Part shown: positions 49,164 to 58,390 of the stretch, piece after piece
Position numbering within the stretch: the stretch's first letter is position 1
Layout: every line of letters starts with the position of its first letter
Assembly (NCBI GenBank): GCA_038108555.1
Contig: JAYNIA010000001.1
Coordinates: forward strand, 1-61,660
DNA length: 61,660 nucleotides
Reading direction: 5' to 3'
DNA from: Nitrospinota bacterium
Lineage (GTDB): Bacteria; Nitrospinota; Nitrospinia; Nitrospinales; VA-1
Notes under the pieces: generated by a model
Told to the model about the DNA's origin: nothing
Seen by the model: the letters and a program-made list of their open reading frames with translations, nothing else
Databases searched by the model: none
Made by a program: the position numbers and the translations under genes

Positions 49164-50120
49164 ATGGAAACATTAAAAATACTATTCCTAGCTGCGAACT
49201 GGCGGGTGTCTTTGATCAAGGCGTTTCAGGAAGCCAAAACCGAAAGCAAAAACCCTTTCCAGTTGATAGCAGTTGACAGCGATGCTCTGGCCCCCGCCTT
49301 GCAGGCGGCGGACCATTCTCATTCGCTTCCGTTATTCTCTGATCCCAGGTGTTTGGAATCACTCCTGATCATCTGCAGAACACAGGCAATCGACGCCATA
49401 ATCCCTTTGACCAATAAAGCCATAGAGTTTATGGATCATCACCGCGAAGAGTTAGGGGGTGGTAACCATCGGTTGTTCATTCAGGAAAGCTCCACCATTG
49501 AAATTTGCCACGACAAATGGAATCTTTCCAAATTCCTGGAGCTCGAAGGGTTTAATAGTCCCAAAACCTTTTTCCTAGAAGAATCCGACCCACCGGATGT
49601 TTTTCCACTCATCGCTAAGGAAAGGACCGGAGAGGGAGGAAAAAACCAGAGCCTTATTGAAAATCAACGGGACCTGGATTATTGCATGGACAAATACCCT
49701 CACCATATTTTTCAGGAATTGATTCGAGGCAAAGAATTCAGTGTGGATTTATTTTCGGATAAAAATGGAGTCCCTCAATTGATTGTTCCCCGGGAAAGGA
49801 TCACGGTTCGTGGCGGTGAAGTCATGACAAGCAAAATAGATATGAACGAATCCATCATAGATTATGTAGAAGCTCTAAGTCGAAGGCTGGCGCTCACCGG
49901 TCCATGTACGATACAGGGAATCCTGGATAAAGAGGGAACCTTTTTCTTCACCGATTTGAATCTACGGTTTGGGAGCGGATCAATTCATACCATTGCCGCA
50001 GGTGGAAATATTCCCCTGATGATTTATCAGGAGATGACAGGCCAGGGGTTTTCCGATTTCTCAATAAAGGATCAGTCCATAATGACCCGGTATCCTAAAA
50101 GCATTTTTCATCATCCCTAA
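49164..50120 (+). CDS. ATP-grasp protein
   Basis: ICHDKW, FPLIAK, FQELIRGKEFSVD, DLNLRFGSG. Confidence 0.85.
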   Translation: METLKILFLAANWRVSLIKAFQEAKTESKNPFQLIAVDSDALAPALQAADHSHSLPLFSDPRCLESLLIICRTQAIDAIIPLTNKAIEFMDHHREELGGGNHRLFIQESSTIEICHDKWNLSKFLELEGFNSPKTFFLEESDPPDVFPLIAKERTGEGGKNQSLIENQRDLDYCMDKYPHHIFQELIRGKEFSVDLFSDKNGVPQLIVPRERITVRGGEVMTSKIDMNESIIDYVEALSRRLALTGPCTIQGILDKEGTFFFTDLNLRFGSGSIHTIAAGGNIPLMIYQEMTGQGFSDFSIKDQSIMTRYPKSIFHHP

Positions 50121-50178
50121 ACGGCCTGATATAATATTTTTGTTTAAAAATTTTTAACCTCAGCAAAATAAGATTTCT

Positions 50179-50907
50179 TTGGCAAATTCATTAAATTCAA
50201 AAAACCGGTTGATATTCGCACTGGATGTTCCGGACAAAACGGAAGCACAACGCCTGGTTGATCTCCTGAATGATTCTGTAGGCTGCTTTAAGGTGGGACT
50301 GCAGTTATTTATTAAAGAAGGTCCCGATATTTTAAAAATGGTAAAAGACCATTCGGAAGCAGATATTTTCCTGGACTTAAAACTCCATGACATTCCGGCA
50401 ACCGTTCGAAATGGGTTAAAGTCCGCAGAAAAGTTGGGTGTGAAGTACATCACCATCCATTCTACAGAGGGCGAAGCCATATTGGAAACATCGAAAGAGG
50501 TCAAGGACTCCGGCCTCGAAGTACTGGCCGTCACACTACTTACAAGTATGGGGCAAGAGCAATTGCCGGGGTTGGGCTTTAAACAAGACACCAAATTAAA
50601 TGACCTGGTCATCGACAGGGCCTGGCGGGCCCAGAAATCAGGCTGTGCTGGAGTCGTATGTTCCGGAGAAGAAATTTCACAAATAAAACAAAAATGTGGA
50701 AAAAATTTCAAAGTAGTGGTTCCGGGCATTCGGCCTGAGTGGAGCCAAATTAATTCCGACGACCAGAACCGGATTGCGACACCTGGAAAAGCCATAAAGG
50801 CAGGAGCGGATTTGATTGTCGTGGGGCGCCCTATTCGCGATGCAAATTCTCCTGAAGAAGCTGCCCGCAAAATCGTTGAAGAAATTGATCAGTATAACAA
50901 TTCATAG
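50179..50907 (+). CDS. pyrF: Orotidine-5'-phosphate decarboxylase
   Basis: IFALD, FKVG, FLDLKLHDIPATV, AVTLLTS, PGIRP, VVGRPI. Confidence 0.96.
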   Translation: MANSLNSKNRLIFALDVPDKTEAQRLVDLLNDSVGCFKVGLQLFIKEGPDILKMVKDHSEADIFLDLKLHDIPATVRNGLKSAEKLGVKYITIHSTEGEAILETSKEVKDSGLEVLAVTLLTSMGQEQLPGLGFKQDTKLNDLVIDRAWRAQKSGCAGVVCSGEEISQIKQKCGKNFKVVVPGIRPEWSQINSDDQNRIATPGKAIKAGADLIVVGRPIRDANSPEEAARKIVEEIDQYNNS

Positions 50908-50936
50908 TTCCACAAACCAAAGAGGTCTGAAAAAAA

Positions 50937-51398
50937 TTGGTTTCTAACCTGATAAATTTTATTTATTTAATTAGCCTTGTTTGCTGGATTGGAAGCATAA
51001 TATTCTTTTCATTTTTCGTTGCACCCGTTGTCTTTAAAAATTTGGAACGGGAAAAAGCGGGTGAATTGGTAGGAATCATTTTTCCCCGCTATTACAAACT
51101 GGGTTATATTTGTGCGGCATTAATTTTACTAAGTTTTCTTGTTTCCGGAGCGGAGGATATAGGTTTGAAATGGTGTGCCTGGGGAGTCATGATCCTGGGT
51201 TCCGGTTTAGCAGGGCTGGTAATCAATCCGAAAGCAAAACAAATAAAAGAACAACTAAAACCCATTCCCGATGGAGAAAACCCCGAACTTGAAGCAAAAT
51301 TTAAAACCTTACATTCATTTTCCGTAAAATTAAATGCCGTGGTTCTTTTTGCAGGTTTGTGGTTACTTGGACTGACGGCTTCGAGTTTTCAATTTTAA
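50937..51398 (+). CDS. DUF4149-family membrane protein
   Basis: WIGSIIFFSFFVAPVVF, AGELVGIIFPRY, FKTLHSFSVKLN. Confidence 0.85.
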   Translation: MVSNLINFIYLISLVCWIGSIIFFSFFVAPVVFKNLEREKAGELVGIIFPRYYKLGYICAALILLSFLVSGAEDIGLKWCAWGVMILGSGLAGLVINPKAKQIKEQLKPIPDGENPELEAKFKTLHSFSVKLNAVVLFAGLWLLGLTASSFQF

Positions 51399-51404
51399 TT
51401 ACAT

Positions 51405-53219
51405 ATGAACATTTTAGGCATTTCCGCTTTTTACCATGATTCAGCTGCCTGCCTGGTACGTGATGGCGAAATAGTAGCCGCCGCCCAGGAAGAAAGGTTC
51501 ACTCGGAAAAAACACGATCCATCCTTCCCTGTAAATGCTGTTGAGTTTTGTCTGAACAAAGGAGGAATTCAGGTCACCGATCTGGACTATGTAGGCTTCT
51601 ACGACAAACCATTTATAAAGTTTGAAAGGATTCTCGAAACTTATCTGGGAATTGCTCCCAAAGGATTAAAGCAATACCTTTCTGCAATTCCCCTCTGGCT
51701 CAAAGATAAATTATGGACGCGAACCAATATCCGAAAAAATCTGGGTTTTAATGGACCGGTTGTTTTTTCTGAACATCACGAGTCACATGCCGCCAGCGCC
51801 TTTTTCCCCTCCCCTTTTCAAGAAGCCGCCATTCTTACAATGGATGGTGTTGGTGAATGGGCCACCAGCAGTCTCGCTTTGGGCAAAAACAATAAAATCG
51901 AACTATTGCAGGAGTTACATTTCCCGCACTCGCTCGGACTACTTTATTCCGCCTTCACATACTACCTGGGATTCAAAGTTAACAGTGGCGAATATAAAGT
52001 TATGGGATTGGCACCTTATGGAAACCCAATTTATTGTGATTTAATTCACAAACATTTAATCGACCTGAAGGATGACGGTTCCTTCCGCATGAATATGGAT
52101 TATTTCGATTTCCTGGGCGGAATGACCATGACCAATGACAAATTCGAATCCGTTTTTAACCACCCGACCCGAAAATCAGAAACTCAATTAACTCAAAAGG
52201 AAATGGATATTGCTGCTTCGTTACAACAGGTAACAGAAGACATCATGTTAAAAATGGCACGCCACATCCGTGAAAAAACAGGAATGAAGAATCTATGCCT
52301 CGCGGGTGGAGTCGCATTGAATTGTGTGGGCAATGGAAAAATTTTAAAGGAAAAGATTTTTGACAATATTTGGGTTCAACCTGCAGCTGGAGATGCAGGG
52401 GGCGCATTAGGTGTCGCCTTATGCACCTGGTATCAAATGCTGGACAATGAGAGAACCATGAACGGAAAAGATTCTATGAAAGGTTCTTATCTGGGTCCTC
52501 ATTTTAAGGAAAGTGAAATCAAGAGCTATCTCGACAGTCAAAACATTCCATATCGACAATTGAATGAAACGGAATTAACAAAAACCGTTTCAAGTCATTT
52601 AAAAGATGGGAAGGTGGTGGGCTGGTTTCAAGGACCCATGGAATTTGGCCCGAGAGCCTTGGGCGGAAGGAGCATCATTGGTGATCCACGCAACCCCAAA
52701 ATGCAATCCATAATGAACCTGAAAATAAAATACCGGGAATCTTTTCGTCCTTTTGCACCTTCGGTCCTCGCTGAAAAGGTAAATGAATGGTTCGAGATGG
52801 ACTCAGAAAGTCCCTACATGTTAATGGTGGCGGGCGTACAAAAAGACAAAAGGCTTTCAATGACGGAAGAACAAAAGAAATTGTTTGGGATCGATTTACT
52901 AAATGTACCCAGGTCACAAATACCAGCAATCACTCATGTCGACTATTCTGCCCGAATTCAAACCGTCCACAAAGATACCAATAAAAGATATTACGATTTG
53001 ATCAGCGAATTCGAAAAAGAAACCCAGTGCCCGGTATTGATCAACACTTCTTTCAATGTCCGCGGAGAACCTATTGTTTGCAATCCCGAACATGCCTTCC
53101 TTTGTTTTATGCGGACAGAAATGGACATCCTGGTATTGGAAAACTTTGTGCTCGACAAAAAAGATCAGAAACCCCTCGCTGACGATAAGGATTGGAAAGA
53201 AGAGTTTGAACTCGACTGA
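51405..53219 (+). CDS. NodU/CmcH-family O-carbamoyltransferase
   Basis: ILGISAFYHDSAA, EERFTRKKHD, HHESHAAS, GEYKVMGLAPYG, EFGPRALGGRS, RESFRPFAP, NTSFN. Confidence 0.95.
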   Translation: MNILGISAFYHDSAACLVRDGEIVAAAQEERFTRKKHDPSFPVNAVEFCLNKGGIQVTDLDYVGFYDKPFIKFERILETYLGIAPKGLKQYLSAIPLWLKDKLWTRTNIRKNLGFNGPVVFSEHHESHAASAFFPSPFQEAAILTMDGVGEWATSSLALGKNNKIELLQELHFPHSLGLLYSAFTYYLGFKVNSGEYKVMGLAPYGNPIYCDLIHKHLIDLKDDGSFRMNMDYFDFLGGMTMTNDKFESVFNHPTRKSETQLTQKEMDIAASLQQVTEDIMLKMARHIREKTGMKNLCLAGGVALNCVGNGKILKEKIFDNIWVQPAAGDAGGALGVALCTWYQMLDNERTMNGKDSMKGSYLGPHFKESEIKSYLDSQNIPYRQLNETELTKTVSSHLKDGKVVGWFQGPMEFGPRALGGRSIIGDPRNPKMQSIMNLKIKYRESFRPFAPSVLAEKVNEWFEMDSESPYMLMVAGVQKDKRLSMTEEQKKLFGIDLLNVPRSQIPAITHVDYSARIQTVHKDTNKRYYDLISEFEKETQCPVLINTSFNVRGEPIVCNPEHAFLCFMRTEMDILVLENFVLDKKDQKPLADDKDWKEEFELD

Positions 53220-53310
53220 CCGGACTAAACCTGAAAGAAAAGCGCCAACCATTCCGAACGGTTAAACTTTAAAAAAATAGTTGACCACTCCTACGAATGT
53301 GTGGAAAACA

Positions 53311-54465
53311 ATGAAAGATCAAACCAAACCTTACGCCTCTCCCGCAGGGTTCAAAACAAAATATGTTTTTATTTTGTTAGCTGTTCTTGCTGTATACAGT
53401 TATGGCTGGAAAGTGACTGAAATCGATCCCGGAGAATTGTTTCGTGACTTCCACTTAGTAAAACCGCTAGTTAAGGAACTTGCGCATCCTGATTTATTTT
53501 CACGTGAAAAACAAAGTCAAACAACCGAGGCAGATTTTTTTCTGACAGAAGGTTTTAACAATAATACACCTGCATCCGAGCCAAATGAAAAACGGCAATT
53601 AACGCTTTCCCAGAGTTCGGGACAAATTGGAGACCGGTTGACGATTCAGGGACTTCATTTAAAACCTGATTCTGAAGGAACCTTGTTCTGGGTCAATGAA
53701 ATAGAACAGGAGTTTCCGCTGGGGAAATTTAAAACCGACTCAGCGGGAAATTTTCAGAAAGAAATTACTGTCCCCCCGAGTGCCAGGGGAAACAGGCAAA
53801 TAGTGAAAGCGATCGTAAGCTGGCCGGAAGGCCCTTGGCAGGCAAGCGAAACCCTGCATCTCACCTTTGAAAAAATGGTAGAGACATTGTTTCTGGCATT
53901 GATGGCAACCACCTTTGCAATTTTGGTTGCAGTTCCATTAAGTCTTTTAGCCGCTAGAAACCTGATGACCGCAAACATTCCCGGAACGATTATTTATTAT
54001 GCAGTAAGAACCTTACTTAACTTGCTTCGGTCAATGGAACCCTTAATTCTGGCTATTCTGTTCGTGGTTTGGGTGGGAATAGGTCCCTTCGCCGGAGTTC
54101 TTGCACTGGGAATCCATTCCATTGCTGCCCTGGGAAAACTTTTTTCCGAACAAATTGAGAACATTGATTCAGGCCCCCTGGAAGCAATAACCTCCGTCGG
54201 AGCAGGACCTATTCAAGTGGTTTTATATGGCGTTATTCCCCAGGTTATCTTGCCGTTTCTCGCGTTGAGTTTTTATCGTTGGGACATCAACGTACGCATG
54301 TCAACGATCATTGGTTTTGTGGGTGGAGGTGGAATCGGGTTTCTTCTTCAGCAATGGATCAATTTATTGAAATACAATGAAGCAGGAACAGCGTTACTTG
54401 CGATTGCCGTGGTGGTCATCAGCCTGGATACCCTGAGCGCAAAAATCCGTGAAAAAATCCATTAA
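53311..54465 (+). CDS. phnE: PhnE/PtxC-family ABC permease with large extracytoplasmic insertion
   Basis: ETLFLALMAT, GPFAGVLAL, GKLFSEQIE, RWDINVRMSTIIGFVGGGGIG; ORF is open from TTG 53281. Confidence 0.85.
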   Translation: MKDQTKPYASPAGFKTKYVFILLAVLAVYSYGWKVTEIDPGELFRDFHLVKPLVKELAHPDLFSREKQSQTTEADFFLTEGFNNNTPASEPNEKRQLTLSQSSGQIGDRLTIQGLHLKPDSEGTLFWVNEIEQEFPLGKFKTDSAGNFQKEITVPPSARGNRQIVKAIVSWPEGPWQASETLHLTFEKMVETLFLALMATTFAILVAVPLSLLAARNLMTANIPGTIIYYAVRTLLNLLRSMEPLILAILFVVWVGIGPFAGVLALGIHSIAALGKLFSEQIENIDSGPLEAITSVGAGPIQVVLYGVIPQVILPFLALSFYRWDINVRMSTIIGFVGGGGIGFLLQQWINLLKYNEAGTALLAIAVVVISLDTLSAKIREKIH

Positions 54466-54485
54466 AATTCTGATACAAATTCTCG

Positions 54486-55187
54486 TCAATTATCTTCCTT
54501 ATAGGGAGCCAGATGATTGAAAATTTTTATAAATTGTTTTCCGGACTCAGGAATCTTTCGTACTTGTTTGGTTAAGAGAATTTCTCCTGAAGTATAGGGT
54601 TGGCCATAATAGGAAGTATTGGCATCGGAATCAGCAGTGATAACGGTTCCTTTTAAAGAAACCCCTCCGAAAATTCCTTTACTTCTTGAATAGGAGTAAA
54701 TTTCTCCCTGCATTAGAATATCCGCAGAAGCTTCAGCGTGCCGCCCCACCGGACCGGCGGAAATGGCAATATCGCCCCCCAGGGTAAACTGATTATCCAA
54801 CAATCCCTCAAGGCCTCTTTGCGACATTACGAGGAGAATCAGATCCGTGGCCTGAGCTCCAAACTGAAAACCAAAGCTTCCGCCCGTGGTAAACAAAAAA
54901 GCAGGGGGACCCCATTCGCCGGTTTCTGATGAACGAACAGACGCAACTCCTTTACCATAACGGGCGCCCACAAAAAATCCCGCCTTCAACATTGTTGGAA
55001 AAACAATGATTGCTTTGGCCTTTGAAATCAGATTCATGGGAATCTTTTGATCTGGAGAATTCTGAATCTCTTCCAAAACTAATTGTGATGTACGCAGAAT
55101 TTTTCTTTGCTTACTGCTACTTTCGTCAGCCCAGGCTCCACTCGAAAATAACAAGATGAAAAAAATAGAAATAGAAATTAATCTCAT
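54486..55187 (-). CDS. SYLF (Ysc84) domain lipid-binding protein
   Basis: Signal peptide, KAGFFVGARYGKG, GGSFGFQFG, AGPVGR, YSYSRSKGIFGGVSL. Confidence 0.92.
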   Translation of the reverse strand: MRLISISIFFILLFSSGAWADESSSKQRKILRTSQLVLEEIQNSPDQKIPMNLISKAKAIIVFPTMLKAGFFVGARYGKGVASVRSSETGEWGPPAFLFTTGGSFGFQFGAQATDLILLVMSQRGLEGLLDNQFTLGGDIAISAGPVGRHAEASADILMQGEIYSYSRSKGIFGGVSLKGTVITADSDANTSYYGQPYTSGEILLTKQVRKIPESGKQFIKIFNHLAPYKEDN

Positions 55188-55310
55188 TTAACCTCCAAGT
55201 TAGTTTCCTAAATCTACTATAAGAAATCCAAACACTTAATTCAACCACTTGAAAAGAATGACAAATAAAATTAATTTTGCTCTTTTCCAATAAGCACTTT
55301 ACCATGCGCG

Positions 55311-57296
55311 ATGATGATTGATGAAAATGTAGAAAAATTTTTGGGAACCCATGGAATCCTTTCTGAAAAACTGGAGGGTTTTGAGCACCGTCCCCAGCAA
55401 ATGGAAATGGCGCAATCTGTGGAAACCGCTTTCAATGAGGCAAGGCACCTTATCGTCGAAGCTGGAACCGGAACAGGAAAAAGTCTTGCCTATCTTATTC
55501 CTGCAATTCTCTGGGCTGTTGAAAATAATAAAAAAGTTGTAATTTCCACTTATACAAAAACCCTGCAACAACAAATACTTAATCACGATATTCCCTTCTT
55601 ACGGGAAAAACTTGGCATCCCTTTTCGTTACGCTCTTTGCATGGGGAACGAGAATTATTTATCCCTTCGCCGGCTAAAACGATCAGCCCAGGCCGGATTA
55701 TTCAATAAAACAGATGAAGAAGAACAGTTGGATAGTGTGTTTGATTGGGCGGCAAAAACAGAAACGGGTTATCGAAGCGATCTCCCTTTTGAAGTACTCC
55801 CACAAGTCTGGGAAGAGGTGGGAAGACAAAAAGATCTTTGTTTGGGAAAAAATTGCGAAACCCATTCGTCCTGCTTTTATTTTAAGGCCAGAAAAAAATG
55901 GTTTGGTGCCCATTTATTGATTGTGAATCATCATCTGTTTTTCGCAAACGTAGCAAATTCCGGTGCCGTTTTACCTGCGTTTGATGCCGTCGTGTTTGAT
56001 GAGGCTCAAAACCTCGAAGAGGCAGCCACCCAGTTTTTGGGTCTTGAAATTTCTAATTCCAATCTTTATTACTTTCTGGATCGCCTGCATAATCCACGCA
56101 CCAAAAAGGGATTATTGACTCGTCTTGACCATGCCCTGGTTCCGCACGTGAGAAAGTTGGCCATGTCGGTTCGCCAGGCCGTCGAAGCATTTTTCTCGCA
56201 TTTTCTGGAAGAGTATGGCAGTGAAGATCGCGTTCTTCGTTTCTACAAACCTCCCGTACTGGATAATGGCATTTATGTTCCGATGGAAGCCCTTAGGGAA
56301 AGCTTGAAATCACTTGAAGCGGGATTGCATTCTGAAGAAGATCGAATCGATGCATCTGCAGCCGCCGAAAGATGTTTCGAGTTCAACAATACCATTTCGG
56401 CCATATTGAACCAGAATTTGCCTGGTTATGTTTATTGGATTGAAATTGTCAAACGCAAACGTTTTCCACGAGTGGTTTTAAGAGGCGTTCCTATTCATGT
56501 TGCGGAAGAGCTCCATGCACAGGTCTTTGACAAGCTGGATCGAATTATCATGACCTCGGCAACCTTGACCGCAAACAAAAAATTTGAGTTTATTAAAGAA
56601 AGGCTGGGATACCAACCTCACGAAGAGTTACTCCTTGATGCCCCATTTGATTATCCCAACCAGGCGTTATTGTATGTACCCAGTGACCTTCCTGAACCTG
56701 GAACCGAAAATGAACCTTATGTAGAAGAGCTTTCTAAGCGATGCAGAGAGTTAGTTATGGCCTCGGGTGGAAAAACATTTATCCTATTCACCAGCTACGC
56801 GCTGCTCAATCAAATTTACAATAAGCTGGATGATTGGGGAATTCCATTTCCCTTGATACGACAGGGAGAATGGCCCACATCTTTAATGATAGAAAAATTC
56901 AAAAAAAAGCCTTCGGTGATTTTTGGGACCAATTCTTTCTGGCAGGGGGTGGACATACCCGGAGAAGCCTTGCAGAGTGTTATCATCACCAAACTTCCAT
57001 TTGATGTCCCCAAAGAACCTCTTACAGAAGCCAGAATTGAAGAACTCAAGCGTCAACAAAAAGATCCCTTTTCAAACTTCCAAATTCCACGCGCCATCAT
57101 TCAACTAAAGCAGGGTTTCGGAAGATTGATCAGAAAAAAAACAGACCAGGGTGTGGTTTCTCTTCTTGATTCCCGGATCAGCAGGAGGGGTTATGGAAAA
57201 CAATTCATCGCATCGCTTCCCGCCTGCCCGGTAGTCGACAATATGGAAGAGGTAAAAATTTTCTTTCAGGAAAAAATTCAACCAGAGGTCACTTGA
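55311..57296 (+). CDS. DinG/YoaA-family ATP-dependent DNA helicase
   Basis: RPQQ Q-motif, EAGTGTGKS, VNHHL, DEAQ, TSATL, FWQGVD, KLPF, QGFGRLIR. Confidence 0.93.
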   Translation: MMIDENVEKFLGTHGILSEKLEGFEHRPQQMEMAQSVETAFNEARHLIVEAGTGTGKSLAYLIPAILWAVENNKKVVISTYTKTLQQQILNHDIPFLREKLGIPFRYALCMGNENYLSLRRLKRSAQAGLFNKTDEEEQLDSVFDWAAKTETGYRSDLPFEVLPQVWEEVGRQKDLCLGKNCETHSSCFYFKARKKWFGAHLLIVNHHLFFANVANSGAVLPAFDAVVFDEAQNLEEAATQFLGLEISNSNLYYFLDRLHNPRTKKGLLTRLDHALVPHVRKLAMSVRQAVEAFFSHFLEEYGSEDRVLRFYKPPVLDNGIYVPMEALRESLKSLEAGLHSEEDRIDASAAAERCFEFNNTISAILNQNLPGYVYWIEIVKRKRFPRVVLRGVPIHVAEELHAQVFDKLDRIIMTSATLTANKKFEFIKERLGYQPHEELLLDAPFDYPNQALLYVPSDLPEPGTENEPYVEELSKRCRELVMASGGKTFILFTSYALLNQIYNKLDDWGIPFPLIRQGEWPTSLMIEKFKKKPSVIFGTNSFWQGVDIPGEALQSVIITKLPFDVPKEPLTEARIEELKRQQKDPFSNFQIPRAIIQLKQGFGRLIRKKTDQGVVSLLDSRISRRGYGKQFIASLPACPVVDNMEEVKIFFQEKIQPEVT

Positions 57297-57305
57297 TTTT
57301 TTTCA

Positions 57306-58283
57306 TCAGCGGTTTGCAGATTCGAACAAAGGTGCATAAACAAAATTTGCAAGTATGGTTATTTTTTCCCGCTGAATGTTTTTGGGAAATGGATAAAATG
57401 GTGCGGCCTCTTTCACAGCCTTGAGGGCTGCGACATCTAAAATTTCATAACCCGATTGATCCACCAGCCGCACTCCCAATAAATTTCCATCCTTAGAAAT
57501 ACGAAATGTCAAAGAAAGGTCTCCGCTGATTCCCCTTTCCGCAGCTTCTACAGGGTATATCCAAACTCGTTCTATCTGATGTTTGATCCGGGCAAAATAA
57601 GAAGCATATTTCACCTCTTTGGTATCAAGGGATACCGGTTCATCGTCGTCAGAATCTTCAAAGGAATCCGTATCCATGGAAGCAAACTGCTCCGCATCAA
57701 ATCCATCCAAAAATGCCAGAGTGCTGCCAGCCCCGGATTTTTTGGGAGGAGAAGCTTTCGATTTCCCAATCTTCTTGGGAGTTATAGATTTGAAAGTTCC
57801 TATATCTGATTCCGGCAATGCTTTCCTCTTCGGGTTTAAGAAATTGGACTTGCGAACAACCTTTTTTTTGGAAACAGCTTTTTTTGCCTGGGTTTTTCTT
57901 GGACTGGTCTTACCTGTCGATCTTTTGGATTTTGGAACAACCGTTTTTTTCCTTTTGTAAACTTTTTTGGGAGTTTGTTTCAGATTTGAATGGGCCCGTC
58001 TATCAAATTTTGCAAGAAGCTCCTCTCTTTTCGATCGTTCTTTTTTTACAGGAGCCTTTGGAGTGTCTACAATTTTTCCAGGTTTCGATTCTTTTGCTTT
58101 TTTCGGGGGCACATACTTCACCTGAATTGGGGGAGGCCCCTTTTCTTTTTTCTCCTGAACCGGCATCAACATATGGGCAATAAAAAAGGAAATATGCAGC
58201 CCAAGCGAAAGCAAAAGAAATCCAGAAAGTCGTGTTTTATTTAGTGGATTATTCTTTATCCAATTTTTTTTTCTTTTGCGCAA
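57306..58283 (-). CDS. TonB-family energy transducer protein
   Basis: N-terminal TM SLGLH, Lys/Pro-rich linker, C-terminal WIYP...SGYEILDVAAL...APF. Confidence 0.88.
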   Translation of the reverse strand: MRKRKKNWIKNNPLNKTRLSGFLLLSLGLHISFFIAHMLMPVQEKKEKGPPPIQVKYVPPKKAKESKPGKIVDTPKAPVKKERSKREELLAKFDRRAHSNLKQTPKKVYKRKKTVVPKSKRSTGKTSPRKTQAKKAVSKKKVVRKSNFLNPKRKALPESDIGTFKSITPKKIGKSKASPPKKSGAGSTLAFLDGFDAEQFASMDTDSFEDSDDDEPVSLDTKEVKYASYFARIKHQIERVWIYPVEAAERGISGDLSLTFRISKDGNLLGVRLVDQSGYEILDVAALKAVKEAAPFYPFPKNIQREKITILANFVYAPLFESANR

Positions 58284-58390
58284 AGTTTAAACCTGATATT
58301 TGAAATAAAATTCGAAGATTAGATATTATAGCGCAGTTTTTCGCCCAATCGTAGGCTGGGAAAGCTTCATTTGGGGGTTGAATTTTCCAC

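Noticed and set aside
50160..50870. 236 aa minus-strand ORF
   Set aside because: Antisense to the clearly identified pyrF
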